Origin: Candidatus Kerfeldbacteria bacterium
GTDB taxonomy: Bacteria; Patescibacteriota; Patescibacteriia; SBBC01
Length of the DNA: 64,000 nucleotides
Direction: 5' to 3'
Assembly (NCBI GenBank): GCA_043799405.1
Contig: JAZDNT010000004.1
Location: 4,206-68,205 of the forward strand
The position numbers and the translations under genes were made by a program. Each line of letters begins with the position of its first letter. Position 1 is the first letter of the stretch. Positions 47,341 through 57,376 of the stretch are shown in pieces. Below the pieces are notes generated by a model, which did no database searches, was not told the origin of the DNA, and worked only from the letters and a program-made list of their open reading frames with translations.

Positions 47341-48869
47341 TGACGTTCGTACCGTACAAGGAGAGGCGGGACGTTGTGGAAGGCATCGCGATACTCTGTC
47401 TTCGAATAACCGCGAAACGTAAACCACTGGTCAATGAGATTTGCGCGGAAGTACCCATCCGCTATCGGCACGTCATACAAGAACCAAACGCGCGGAGCGC
47501 CGCCGACGTAGCCCGAGAGCGAATTGACCGTTGTCTCGCTGAGTGTGTTCCGAAAATTGTACCTTATGTTGTCTATAAGTGTCGTCGTATTTTGAGCCTG
47601 TAGTGGGAAGTAGCCGGATACGGTGAGCGAGCCGGTGTAGTACGGCTGAACGGCTATTTCGTCATTGAATGGATACACGAGGAGACGATCACTATTGCGC
47701 TCGCTATCTGATACAATTTTTAATGCCTCACGATAGGTTGCGTACGGCATGCGTGCCTGAAGAACTGCGCAAAACAGCGAACCGAGGATGATGGTTCCCG
47801 TGAGTGCGGTACCGAGGAAGCGATGCTTTGTAATTTCTGATAGACCACTAGCAATTAGCATGATGATGAACGGAACGAATGCGGTAGCGTACCTCGGTAG
47901 CGTAAGGCGAACAAGCGAGCAACACACGATCCCAAACAACACTCCGGACAGAAGAAAAAGCACAAGGCGACGGAAATCAGATTGCTTTGTCTGACGTTTC
48001 CATTGACCATACACGGCGCCAAGCGCGCCAATGATGACCCCGCATACGACCGATCGCACAGCGAAGATAGGCAACGATTCTCCAAAAATTGGCGGCACAA
48101 TAGTACGGAACGGTAACAACAGCAGTTCCCACGGCGTTGCGGATTGCTGCTGTATGCCGAGCGTGGTGGAGGGGTGCGTAGCGAGCGGACCGAACGCGTA
48201 TACGATCCAGGGCATCCACAAAGCAACGGCCAGCGCTCCGTGTATCACAATCTGCTTCCTATGATGCGTTTTAAACGAGAGCAGCCACAGCGTTAAAAAA
48301 AACGCTAAAGCAAGGTAGGTGTAGTGCGTTAAGAATCCGAAAACATGAACGATAGTCAGCGCCGCTAAATACCGGTTTTCTCCGCTTTTTCCGTACATCC
48401 ATGCGAACTGGATTGCGAGTGCCGAAAAAAACAGGAGCATCGTATACATCCGGTACTCCGTTGCCTGCTGGATCAGCATGCCCGAGACGCATGTAATTAT
48501 CACTGCGTAGCGAGCTACGTTCTTTCCGACGATCCGCGTTGTTCCGTACCACAACGCAAAAAGTGAGGCAATAAGAAAAAGAAACGGGAGCGTTCGTGCC
48601 GCGGCCTCACCGTGCCCAACGAGCGATTCCCAGATGCGGGCGACAATAAAGAACAGCGGGGGGTTATTTTCATAACGGAACAAAGAAAACATGGTGCCCC
48701 AGGACTGATCTCCGAGCACCTGTACGAACCGCTCCGAGTACCACAGTTCCTTTCCAGAACCGAGAAGCCAGACGAAAAAAAGTATGGCAGCGCCAACTAC
48801 GGGGAACAACCACTCGCGCGCCTCTCTGTTGCGCGATGATGCTACCTGCTGCTTTGCCATAGATCCCAT
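47337..48869 (-). CDS. ArnT/PMT-like membrane glycosyltransferase (paralog)
   Basis: 510 aa. YSERFVQVLGDQSW..ENNPPLFFIVARIW is the same signature as the downstream paralog. Confidence 0.6.
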   Translation of the reverse strand: MGSMAKQQVASSRNREAREWLFPVVGAAILFFVWLLGSGKELWYSERFVQVLGDQSWGTMFSLFRYENNPPLFFIVARIWESLVGHGEAAARTLPFLFLIASLFALWYGTTRIVGKNVARYAVIITCVSGMLIQQATEYRMYTMLLFFSALAIQFAWMYGKSGENRYLAALTIVHVFGFLTHYTYLALAFFLTLWLLSFKTHHRKQIVIHGALAVALWMPWIVYAFGPLATHPSTTLGIQQQSATPWELLLLPFRTIVPPIFGESLPIFAVRSVVCGVIIGALGAVYGQWKRQTKQSDFRRLVLFLLSGVLFGIVCCSLVRLTLPRYATAFVPFIIMLIASGLSEITKHRFLGTALTGTIILGSLFCAVLQARMPYATYREALKIVSDSERNSDRLLVYPFNDEIAVQPYYTGSLTVSGYFPLQAQNTTTLIDNIRYNFRNTLSETTVNSLSGYVGGAPRVWFLYDVPIADGYFRANLIDQWFTFRGYSKTEYRDAFHNVPPLLVRYERQ

Positions 48870-49531
48870 ATCATCCGGAAGTACTCGCTGGCAATCTTTG
48901 AGGTAAGCTTACTTTCCCCCTTCGTGCGGCCACGGAAACGAAAGCCGACCTCTGCGACGTGCGTCGGACGCAACCGAACGAGGACTTCGAGCAGAATCTT
49001 GAATCCGCGCGGTTTCAATCGGTGCGAAATCGAGACGAACGTTTCGCGCCTCATCGCGAAATAACCGCTCATCGGATCCTGAACGCGAACGCCGAGCACG
49101 ATGCGGGCAACCTGTTTCGCACACCAGCTGAATATCCGGCGCAAAAGTGCATCCTCGGTCGACCCTCCTGATGCGAAGCGTGAGCCGATTGCAACCTCGC
49201 TTCCCGCTTCGATGTTCGCGACCAACTGGGGGATGATGCTCTCATCGTGAGACAGGTCGGCGTCCATGATCACTACGATGTCCCCGGTCGCTCGCTTTAC
49301 AATGCCATCGATGACTGCTGACGCTAATCCAAGCTTCGTACCGCGCTGCAGCAATGTAACCCTGTACTGCGAGGTCAGTCGTTCTGCGATCTGCCCTGTG
49401 CCGTCCGGCGATCCGTCATCGACGACAACGATCTCATACTCGGGATTTATCGCCGAGAGCCGTTTAACGATCTCAGGAAGATTGTCAGCCTCGTTGTAGG
49501 TCGGAAGCAGTATTGAAATACGGTGGTTCAT
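48842..49531 (-). CDS. Polyprenol/dolichol-phosphate mannosyltransferase-like GT2
   Basis: ISILLPTYNEADNLPEIVKRL..VVVDDGSPDGTGQIAERL..VVIMDADLSHD. Confidence 0.8.
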   Translation of the reverse strand: MNHRISILLPTYNEADNLPEIVKRLSAINPEYEIVVVDDGSPDGTGQIAERLTSQYRVTLLQRGTKLGLASAVIDGIVKRATGDIVVIMDADLSHDESIIPQLVANIEAGSEVAIGSRFASGGSTEDALLRRIFSWCAKQVARIVLGVRVQDPMSGYFAMRRETFVSISHRLKPRGFKILLEVLVRLRPTHVAEVGFRFRGRTKGESKLTSKIASEYFRMIWDLWQSSR

Positions 49532-50859
49532 GTCGTTCCTTTGTTATGCTCAACTTCGGTAATGATCAAGCCGATCATCAGTAGTAGAATGATAACATTG
49601 ACGTGCGCCGCGAGAAAGTAGCGCGAAAAGAACCAGTAGCATGCGAGTGTCGCTGTCGCAGCAAAGAACGACCGGCTGACCGTCGGTCGCTTTATCAAAG
49701 CGATGCACAGTACCACGGCAAGCGGCAGCGTCACCGCGATCTGGAAAACCCAGAATGGGAATGACTGGCTGCCCGTGACAATGCCTGCGTTCAAGAGGAA
49801 TCTCCCGATCCCCTCTCCGGAAATCGGGTAGGCCGTCGAACCGAGGAAGAAGCGTACCGTATCGTCAAAAAAGCCTGATGGTGACCAGAGAAAGAACGGC
49901 ACTATGATCGCTGCCGTCGAAGCGAGCAAGATTAAAAACACCGAAGTAACGGAGCGCGCGCTTGCCTTTACCGTTGCAATAAAAATCGGAACGAAGAACA
50001 GGGCGGTGATCCAGGCTGTTTGTTTCGTCGCAAGCGCAAGACCATACACAATAGCAGCAAAAACTACTTTCTTTTTTACCAAGAGTAAAGCGGTGAGCGC
50101 GAGTAAGAATATAGACAAAATGTCGTTAAATCCATAAAGAACACTGATCAAGAACGGGCTCAATGAAAACGCGGTAAAGAGCTCGACCCGGCGCGGTGAA
50201 TGCGCGAGCGATGCCCAGAGCACTATGAGGAGCAGCGCAAACGTAACGCCGTATACGATCCGCTGGTCATACCAACCGAACAAGGGTTTTACTACGACGT
50301 AGAAAGGGGCGCTGACAACGAAAAAACCCGGCAGGTAAACGTAGTGGTCCCAGCCGGGGTACACGCCATTTACGTAGCTCGTCTTTGTGCTCTGTCCGAC
50401 CCATTCATCAACGAGTGATCCGCGGTAATCGGCTGCGTAAGGATTCTGCGCTTTGAACATTTTCTGAAGCGCTGATTCGGTGAGGAGCAATTCGTCATGA
50501 AGTTCGGTTTTCGGTACCAAGGCAATGCTACAAAAAACAAGAAGCACGACGAAGGCACCGATCGCAACCGCTGGCCACTGCATGGGCAGTATCCGTTTCC
50601 GTAGGTCTTCGTACATGCAGATACTGACAATGATCACGATGGGAAGCTGTATTATGGCAGTCCCGCTAAACGAAAGCTGCAGCTGCCATGAAGCGAGCAG
50701 TGCGAACATCGGGCCCAAAAAGATTATGAGCCACGTCCGAAGCGAAAGCTTGATTAACCAGCGCCATATCTCCCGAAATGATTCTCTGATGTATTGCACC
50801 GCATCAGCCATACGGGACATCATTGGACGCAGACGCTGCAAACGAAAGAATGAGCACAA
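49528..50859 (-). CDS. Polytopic membrane protein (DUF2029/GT87-like), paralog 1
   Basis: 443 aa (start uncertain, alternatives at 50823/50811). KAQNPYAADY..GWDHYVYLPGFFVVSAP aligns with the upstream paralog. Confidence 0.55.
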   Translation of the reverse strand: MCSFFRLQRLRPMMSRMADAVQYIRESFREIWRWLIKLSLRTWLIIFLGPMFALLASWQLQLSFSGTAIIQLPIVIIVSICMYEDLRKRILPMQWPAVAIGAFVVLLVFCSIALVPKTELHDELLLTESALQKMFKAQNPYAADYRGSLVDEWVGQSTKTSYVNGVYPGWDHYVYLPGFFVVSAPFYVVVKPLFGWYDQRIVYGVTFALLLIVLWASLAHSPRRVELFTAFSLSPFLISVLYGFNDILSIFLLALTALLLVKKKVVFAAIVYGLALATKQTAWITALFFVPIFIATVKASARSVTSVFLILLASTAAIIVPFFLWSPSGFFDDTVRFFLGSTAYPISGEGIGRFLLNAGIVTGSQSFPFWVFQIAVTLPLAVVLCIALIKRPTVSRSFFAATATLACYWFFSRYFLAAHVNVIILLLMIGLIITEVEHNKGTT

Positions 50860-52081
50860 CGGAGATCATCGCAAGGTGGCTGTCGTTGAAGTACCGCGAG
50901 AAAAAGAGCATCACAAAAGTGAATGCGCTGTACGCAGCGAGCATTCGAGCAATAGAATTCGAGCGCTTCTGCCACCTCATCAGAAAAACAAGTGCCGGGA
51001 TGCCGATCGCGATCTGCCATGCCCAGAAAGGATACGCGCTCCACATCGAACGGATCCATCCTGCCGACAGCATGAGACTGCTTGCGCCAAATCCAGATAT
51101 CGGGTAGCTCTGCGGCGCGCTCCCTGTTGCATACCGGAGCGTATCGTCGATAAAACGCGACGGCGACCAGATAAAAAATGGACCGACAATGAGGACAGAG
51201 ACAGCTGCCGATACGAGCGCCGCGGTTATCGTTTTTCGCACTCTCTCTTTTGTGTCCGACGCAACAAAGACGTACGTAAGAAAGAAGGGCGCGATAAAAA
51301 GGGCGGGCTGCTTGCTCGCGAACGCAAGCCCAAAAACGATGGCTGCGGCAATCATCCTCTTCCGTTGTAATAAAACAGCGGCTAACGCTATCCACGCCAG
51401 AAAGAACACATCATTAAACCCCGCAATGAAAAATTGGATGAAGTAGGGATTAAACAGTAGCAGGATAAGCAGTATCGGAACTTTTTTAGAATCCTTTACA
51501 AGGAAAATCGTCGAAACGATCAGCAGCAAAAATGATGCGAGGTAGAGAAAGCGGATATCAAAAAAGCCAACCGTCGCGCGGCTTAGCCAGTCGAGGGGCG
51601 CACCTATGACGAGCTGGAGCGGAGGGTATACGTAGTGCTTCCATGCCGGATTCTCCCGCGTCGCCTGAGAGAACGCGTCAGGAAATGCGCCAAAGGGACC
51701 GTTTGAGTAGTTGAATCCATAAGGGTTATTGCCCTTCTGGAGTGCATGTATTGCGTCTTCCGTCTGTACTGCTCCATCATGCAGGTACAGGTAAGGATAG
51801 CTTAAGTTCCGGGCAATCACCTGAAGCCCGAGGAGAGAACCGATCAAAAAGACCCCGAGGAACCCGATGATCAGGGTCTTTGCGAATGTCACATGCTTCC
51901 ATTGCCGCATGAAACTAACCGTAAGGTACGCAGCGAGGAGAACGAGGGGTATGAACGAAAAAACAAGAAAGTGTTCATTGAGCGTGAAGAGGTAGACCGA
52001 TGCCCTTGCGTAGAACAGCGGTATGAACTTCAGGACGAAAATGAACAGTAAAACGGCGTCGATTCCTACCATATACTGCAT
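50804..52081 (-). CDS. Polytopic membrane protein (DUF2029/GT87-like), paralog 2
   Basis: 425 aa. KGNNPYGFNY..AWKHYVYPPLQLVIGAP. Confidence 0.55.
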   Translation of the reverse strand: MQYMVGIDAVLLFIFVLKFIPLFYARASVYLFTLNEHFLVFSFIPLVLLAAYLTVSFMRQWKHVTFAKTLIIGFLGVFLIGSLLGLQVIARNLSYPYLYLHDGAVQTEDAIHALQKGNNPYGFNYSNGPFGAFPDAFSQATRENPAWKHYVYPPLQLVIGAPLDWLSRATVGFFDIRFLYLASFLLLIVSTIFLVKDSKKVPILLILLLFNPYFIQFFIAGFNDVFFLAWIALAAVLLQRKRMIAAAIVFGLAFASKQPALFIAPFFLTYVFVASDTKERVRKTITAALVSAAVSVLIVGPFFIWSPSRFIDDTLRYATGSAPQSYPISGFGASSLMLSAGWIRSMWSAYPFWAWQIAIGIPALVFLMRWQKRSNSIARMLAAYSAFTFVMLFFSRYFNDSHLAMISVVLILSFAASASNDVPYG

Positions 52082-52136
52082 TTAGTGTTTCGAATCATCA
52101 TTGCACGCTCCTGTGGTCCCTCCGGTACACGTGGCG

Positions 52137-53807
52137 CTACTGCACCGTGTATACGTTCGCGTCGGGTCCGTGAAAGGCAAGGACGAAACGCTGATCAGAT
52201 TGAATGAGCAGCTCCATAGCCGGATGGTCGTGCGCAACGATCACAAAATCGGCATTGAACGAGCCGCGCACGATTGCATGGATGTCGCCCTGCTCTTTTC
52301 CGAGCGTGACGTTCGCCCACTGGTAGTACCGGGCGTGATCCTGCAGATAGAGAAATGTCGGGTCTAACCCCGCTATGTACCTGCTCTCGCTGTTAAAGTA
52401 GAACAGCATCGGAAAGTCGTCCCAGTCGCTGTGGAACACAACAGCGCCCGGTGTGCCGTGGTCCTTGATCCACCGCGACTCTTGTTCGTACAGATGGAGC
52501 CCGAAACCGTTTGCAAGGTCCTTACGTTCGCTCACGAAATCTCTTACAACGATCGTTGGAACCATGATCGCGCAGTACGTAATGACCGCTACGACGCCGA
52601 TGCGCGCCCAGAAGTTCTTGAATATTCTTCGCCACAGGTAACGGAAGAACGCGCGCCACCGAATTCCTTCAAGCGAGTCTTTTAACGAAAACGCGGAAAA
52701 CAGAAGCGTAAATGGAACGTAGTACTCGACGTACCTCCGCGACTTAAGGGTCAGCAGGAAGAAGAAGAGCCACAGAAAGAAAAGCGTGATTGAGCGGGTC
52801 GACTGCTTTCGAAGGTATATAAAGAACAGAACAAGCGCTACGAGAAGCGGGATCGACGCGAGCACGGTGTTCGCGACCAGGTCGATGAACTTATACGGAT
52901 ACCACTCTCCTCCGACACCGATCGTTTTTTGATAGTTTAGAGCGCCGATCCTTATAAGCTGATCAAAGTAGTAGCGGATGTTCGAGGAGAAAAACGGGTT
53001 CGCAACAAGCCCTATCCCGGTCCCTGCAACTACTGCGATCGCCAATCGAAGGTTCAAACGCTTTATTCGGTCGTGCCTGAACGCCCTTCCTAAGAGCGCA
53101 CGAATCCTGTGTACGAGCGTATTTGAGTCTTCTTTCCGTACGATGCGTCGGTGTACAGCGCTTACGGTCGCGAACAGTAGTACGCTTACAACGAGAAGCG
53201 GAAAGCCCCCGTAAAACCATACGTACGAGAACGACAGCGCGGCAAGGAGCCACGGTCGGTACGAGAATGCAGCGGCGATTCCGAGCAGGAGGAGCGTCAG
53301 GGACAGACTCGGCGCTTTCGCAAGGTTCATCCTGAACGTAAACGGGTTAATGAGGAGCAAGACGATGGTCGTCGCAAACGCCCACGGAACGCTCCACCGC
53401 CGCATGAACCAATAGAACGTCAGCGCAAGCAATGCGCCGAACATAATGGTCGCGAGCTTAAGTCCGATCAGCGGATCGGTAAGGGAAACGAACGGAACCA
53501 GAAGAAAATGGTAGAGAAAGTGCTGGTCCGCAAAGCAGTGAGCAAGCGTAGTGAACGGCAGCGCAAAAAAGTACGCGCTGAACTGACCGTCGCGTATGAG
53601 CACGGCCATCTTTGCGTGGTAGAAGGAATCCGGGTCGGCAAAGATCGGCACGTACTGAAAGTACGCGAACAGCAGGAAGGCGAGCGTGAATATCGTAAGG
53701 TATCCGAGCCAACCGCGATGCTCGCGGTACCACAGCATCAGTTGAGCTCGAAATGGACGAACGTGGGACATACTACAAGTATACTGCCAACTGCTACAGA
53801 TAGCCAA
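52137..53807 (-). CDS. Polytopic GT-C-like membrane protein with STT3/AglB-reminiscent motifs
   Basis: 556 aa. FADPDSFYHAK sits in the first loop and HSDWDDFP in the C-terminal soluble part. The resemblance is by eye only. Confidence 0.45.
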   Translation of the reverse strand: MAICSSWQYTCSMSHVRPFRAQLMLWYREHRGWLGYLTIFTLAFLLFAYFQYVPIFADPDSFYHAKMAVLIRDGQFSAYFFALPFTTLAHCFADQHFLYHFLLVPFVSLTDPLIGLKLATIMFGALLALTFYWFMRRWSVPWAFATTIVLLLINPFTFRMNLAKAPSLSLTLLLLGIAAAFSYRPWLLAALSFSYVWFYGGFPLLVVSVLLFATVSAVHRRIVRKEDSNTLVHRIRALLGRAFRHDRIKRLNLRLAIAVVAGTGIGLVANPFFSSNIRYYFDQLIRIGALNYQKTIGVGGEWYPYKFIDLVANTVLASIPLLVALVLFFIYLRKQSTRSITLFFLWLFFFLLTLKSRRYVEYYVPFTLLFSAFSLKDSLEGIRWRAFFRYLWRRIFKNFWARIGVVAVITYCAIMVPTIVVRDFVSERKDLANGFGLHLYEQESRWIKDHGTPGAVVFHSDWDDFPMLFYFNSESRYIAGLDPTFLYLQDHARYYQWANVTLGKEQGDIHAIVRGSFNADFVIVAHDHPAMELLIQSDQRFVLAFHGPDANVYTVQ

Positions 53808-53863
53808 GAAACGCCGCGTTCCTATCCAAGCATGGACGACGGGAACACGACGTTTCCTAGATG

Positions 53864-54934
53864 TTACCGCGCGAGGCGCTTCTTGAACTCATCAACGGCG
53901 CTGATTTCGAGGGGGTTTACGCGGTTCAGCACTGAAAGGTAAAAGCTTGTATACCCGGAAAGAACCAGGCTATCCAGCGCCTGCGAGAGAGGATCCTGGC
54001 CGGTCGCGGAGAACGAGACCGAACGTAACCCCTTTCGGAGGGCGATATCTGCCGTGATGCGGAGCCTCTTCGTAACGGCGGCGTCATACAGCGACGATCG
54101 AGCGCAAACGATCGTTCCTGATCTGATCTCGCGGGGAAAGCGGAGGCCTTCGAGGAGGTGGTGGTTCAGTTCCGGCAGAGGAAAGTACGTTGCAAACACC
54201 TTTGCTGTCTCGTTGAGCTGGTTCGCGAATACGTGCATGCTCCCGACAAGGTGCTCCGCGCCGATAAGTATCGGAAACCTTCCGAAAAGTGAACCAGCTA
54301 GCGATTTTGCTTCGTTCTGATCGGTAACGATCATCGGTCCGAGCTTCGTAGCTCGGGTGCCAATATGCGCGATGCATCGACGAATATCGGTCCCGGAAAC
54401 ACGGAGGAGCTTCATGCGTGAGAAAAGCCCTACCTGCCCCATGACGCTATATCCCAAACCCATGCGCGGCTGCCCGGACGGGTTTGCTTTGCCGTCGATC
54501 TGGTACCACGGCAGACGATGCCGCCTGAAGAACGCCGCAAGCTTGCCCCCTGCCGTCAGTCCGGTTATTCGGGCGCCTGTCCGCTTCGCTTCGGCTGCAG
54601 CGCTCATCACTTCCTCGGTGTTACCAGAGTAGCTTGAGAGCACCACAAGGGTCTTTTTATTGACGGAATGCGGAATATGGTACCCATTGACGATGGTCAG
54701 GGGGACAGGAAGAGAACTGAAAAATACGCTCTTTATGACGTCTGTCCCGAGCGCTGATCCGCCCATCCCGCACACAACGATACTGTTTACAGAACCGTAC
54801 GCGCTTGGAAAACCAACGGCGCGTCCACCGCGATAGCCGCGAGAACACTGTTCACCGAAACGCTCAAGGGACGCAAGGGTAAGCGCGCGAGGCGTTGAAC
54901 GATACAGTGCAATACGATCAAGTAATGACGACAT
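53864..54934 (-). CDS. Bifunctional phosphoglucose/phosphomannose isomerase (SIS domain)
   Basis: 356 aa. IVVCGMGGSALGTDVIKSVF and VVLSSYSGNTEE are SIS motifs. Confidence 0.65.
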   Translation of the reverse strand: MSSLLDRIALYRSTPRALTLASLERFGEQCSRGYRGGRAVGFPSAYGSVNSIVVCGMGGSALGTDVIKSVFFSSLPVPLTIVNGYHIPHSVNKKTLVVLSSYSGNTEEVMSAAAEAKRTGARITGLTAGGKLAAFFRRHRLPWYQIDGKANPSGQPRMGLGYSVMGQVGLFSRMKLLRVSGTDIRRCIAHIGTRATKLGPMIVTDQNEAKSLAGSLFGRFPILIGAEHLVGSMHVFANQLNETAKVFATYFPLPELNHHLLEGLRFPREIRSGTIVCARSSLYDAAVTKRLRITADIALRKGLRSVSFSATGQDPLSQALDSLVLSGYTSFYLSVLNRVNPLEISAVDEFKKRLAR

Positions 54935-55108
54935 GCGACATCGACTATGAATAACGTTGGTACTCTAGCAAACTGCTTTATAAATGCAAGGACGACTTTT
55001 TTTATCGTTCGCATTGATTGACCAAGTGGCGAAAAAATGATAGAATCAAAACCACTGGGGGTTTCTTTCTTGATGCGGTTATTGCGTGCATTGATACAGG
55101 AGATCTGT

Positions 55109-55822
55109 ATGTCCGGACACTCAAAGTGGGCGCAAATAAAACGACAGAAGGGCGCTGCCGACACTAAGAAGGGTGCGGCATTTACAAAACTCGCTAACGC
55201 CATCACTATCGCCGCGCGTGAAGGCGGCAAGGATCCGTCAATGAATTTTAGGCTGCGTCTCGCGATCGAAAAAGCGCGTGAAGCGAACATGCCGAAGGAT
55301 AATGTCGATCGCGCGATTAAGCGCGGCATCGGCGAGGCGAACGATCGGCCGATCGAGGCGATCACCTACGAAGGGTACGGCCCCGGGGGCATTGCAGTTG
55401 TCGTCGAAGCGCTAACGGACAACCGGAACCGGACAACTAGTGAGCTTCGCTCGACTTTCAGCAAGTACGGCGGCACGCTTGCCAATACCAACAGCGTGCT
55501 CTGGATGTTCGAGCGCCGTGGCTTCCTCGAGGTTCCAAGTAACAACCGAGATGCAATCGAGCTTTCTGCGATCGACGCCGGAGCGCTTGACTTTGATGAG
55601 ATCAACGGAACGCTTGCTATCTACACCGATCCGAACACGCTCATGAAAGTACGCGAGGCGATCGCCGGTATCGGCGCTTCCGTTGCAACGGCCGAAATCG
55701 TCCTTGTGCCGACGACAACGGTCATCCCAAACGAACAGGATCGTACGAAAACCCAAGAGCTGCTACTCGCCCTCGAAGAATTACAGGACGTCACCAACGT
55801 TTCATCAAATGCCGAACTCTAA
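55109..55822 (+). CDS. yebC: YebC/PmpR-family DNA-binding regulator
   Basis: MSGHSKWAQIKRQKGAADTKKGAAFTKLANAITIAAREGGKDPSMNFRLRLAIEKAREANMPKDNVDRAIKRG. I start at ATG 55109 (RBS caggag), not 55037. Confidence 0.9.
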   Translation: MSGHSKWAQIKRQKGAADTKKGAAFTKLANAITIAAREGGKDPSMNFRLRLAIEKAREANMPKDNVDRAIKRGIGEANDRPIEAITYEGYGPGGIAVVVEALTDNRNRTTSELRSTFSKYGGTLANTNSVLWMFERRGFLEVPSNNRDAIELSAIDAGALDFDEINGTLAIYTDPNTLMKVREAIAGIGASVATAEIVLVPTTTVIPNEQDRTKTQELLLALEELQDVTNVSSNAEL

Positions 55823-56294
55823 CCTCACTGTCCTCGGTATCGATCCGGGCATCGCGCGCGTCGGTTACGGGGTCGTAGCTATTTCGTCGGGCTCGCTGTC
55901 GCTTACTACGTACGGCGTCATAGAAACGCAAAAAGGTAAGGCCGTCGGAGCAAGGTTGTGCCGAATACAAAAGGAGCTGTCCCTGATCATCAAACGGTGC
56001 AAGCCTGACCGTATCGCGATCGAAAAGGTCTTTTTTGCAAAAAATGCATCTACTGCGATGGTGGTTGGGGAGGCGCGTGGCGTTATACTGCTCACTGCAG
56101 AGGAATATGGCATTCCGGTCGCCGAGTTCACCCCTTCGGTCGTGAAACAATCCATAACGGGTTACGGGAACGCGGACAAAGCACAGATACAACGTATGGT
56201 AAAGGCGCTCTTTAGGCTCCGAACCATACCGCGCCCCGACGATGCTGCGGATGCCATTGCGATCGCTGTCTGCGGAACGGCAATGAACGTATGA
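55809..56294 (+). CDS. ruvC: Crossover junction endodeoxyribonuclease RuvC
   Basis: MPNSNLTVLGIDPGIARVGYGVV.., IAIEKVFFAKN, DAADAIAIAVC. I start at ATG 55809. Confidence 0.85.
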   Translation: MPNSNLTVLGIDPGIARVGYGVVAISSGSLSLTTYGVIETQKGKAVGARLCRIQKELSLIIKRCKPDRIAIEKVFFAKNASTAMVVGEARGVILLTAEEYGIPVAEFTPSVVKQSITGYGNADKAQIQRMVKALFRLRTIPRPDDAADAIAIAVCGTAMNV

Positions 56295-57376
56295 AAAGAA
56301 GCCAGAAAAAAATCTCTCGTCTACTAGAGACCTCGCGCGAGGTGATCCGCGACGCCGTTCTCGATAACGGCGCCATTGTCGCTGCAAATACGGATAAACC
56401 GTACTACCCGCGAGAAGCCGCGAACTACCGCTACGTGTGGCCGCGGGACGCCTGCTTTACTGCGATGGCAGCCGAGACGCTAGGAATACCCGCTGCGGAC
56501 AAGTTCTTCCGATGGCTCGAGGTCAAGCCCGAGGACTTCCATAAAGACAAGTTGCTCTTTTCCAACTATTCGACGAACGGGCGCATCGGCAGTATGGGCC
56601 GAATGTTCCAGCCCGATCAAATGGGGACCGTGCTCTGGGCGATCCACCGCTTTACTAGTGGCAAAACAGAGCGCGCGCTTCCCTACCGTAATCTCATAGA
56701 ACTTACGTGCGAAGGCTTATGCGTTGCATGGAATAAGACGTTTTTTCTTCCGAATACCGTTGATATCTGGGAAGACGGGTTCCGCCAAACCTCTTCCCGA
56801 ATCGAAAATAACTTCACCTACTCTCTTGCGGCCTGTGGCCGTGGTCTGATGCTCGCGAACGACCTGTTCCCTCATAAACAGTGGAAGCAGGTAGCGACGC
56901 AGATGCAAAAAAAAGTCAACGAGGCATACGACAGCACGCGTGGGTACTTCCTTCGAAACCACGGAAAAATCGACGATCTCAACGTTGACGCATCGATCCT
57001 CGGTCTCGTATGGCCGTTTGAGGCTGTGCTGCCGACCGACCAAAAAATGCGCTCAACGATTGACACGATCGAGCACATACTTGTTGTTGATGGCGGTGTA
57101 CATCGCTTCCAGTTCGACTACTTTGATTCTGAAGGAACTGCCTGGGAAGGGGGAGGCGCATGGCCGGTACTCAACTGCTGGCTTGCGATCGTTCTCAATC
57201 GAATAAGACAACGCGAGCGTGCGCTCGCCTATTTTTCGTGGGTCGTTGACCACGTCGATCGGTTTATACCGGAACAAATATTCCCTGATTTCCGCGTTGG
57301 CATCACGCCGCTCGTCTGGAGCCACGCCCTGTTCGTCCTGGCTGCCGAAGAGCTACAATTACTAGAGACCCGATGA
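56291..57376 (+). CDS. Glycoside hydrolase family 15 (glucoamylase-like) catalytic domain protein
   Basis: NGAIVAANTDKPYYPREAANYRYVWPRDACFTAMA, VDIWEDGF, GGAWPVLNCWLA. Confidence 0.65.
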   Translation: MKRSQKKISRLLETSREVIRDAVLDNGAIVAANTDKPYYPREAANYRYVWPRDACFTAMAAETLGIPAADKFFRWLEVKPEDFHKDKLLFSNYSTNGRIGSMGRMFQPDQMGTVLWAIHRFTSGKTERALPYRNLIELTCEGLCVAWNKTFFLPNTVDIWEDGFRQTSSRIENNFTYSLAACGRGLMLANDLFPHKQWKQVATQMQKKVNEAYDSTRGYFLRNHGKIDDLNVDASILGLVWPFEAVLPTDQKMRSTIDTIEHILVVDGGVHRFQFDYFDSEGTAWEGGGAWPVLNCWLAIVLNRIRQRERALAYFSWVVDHVDRFIPEQIFPDFRVGITPLVWSHALFVLAAEELQLLETR

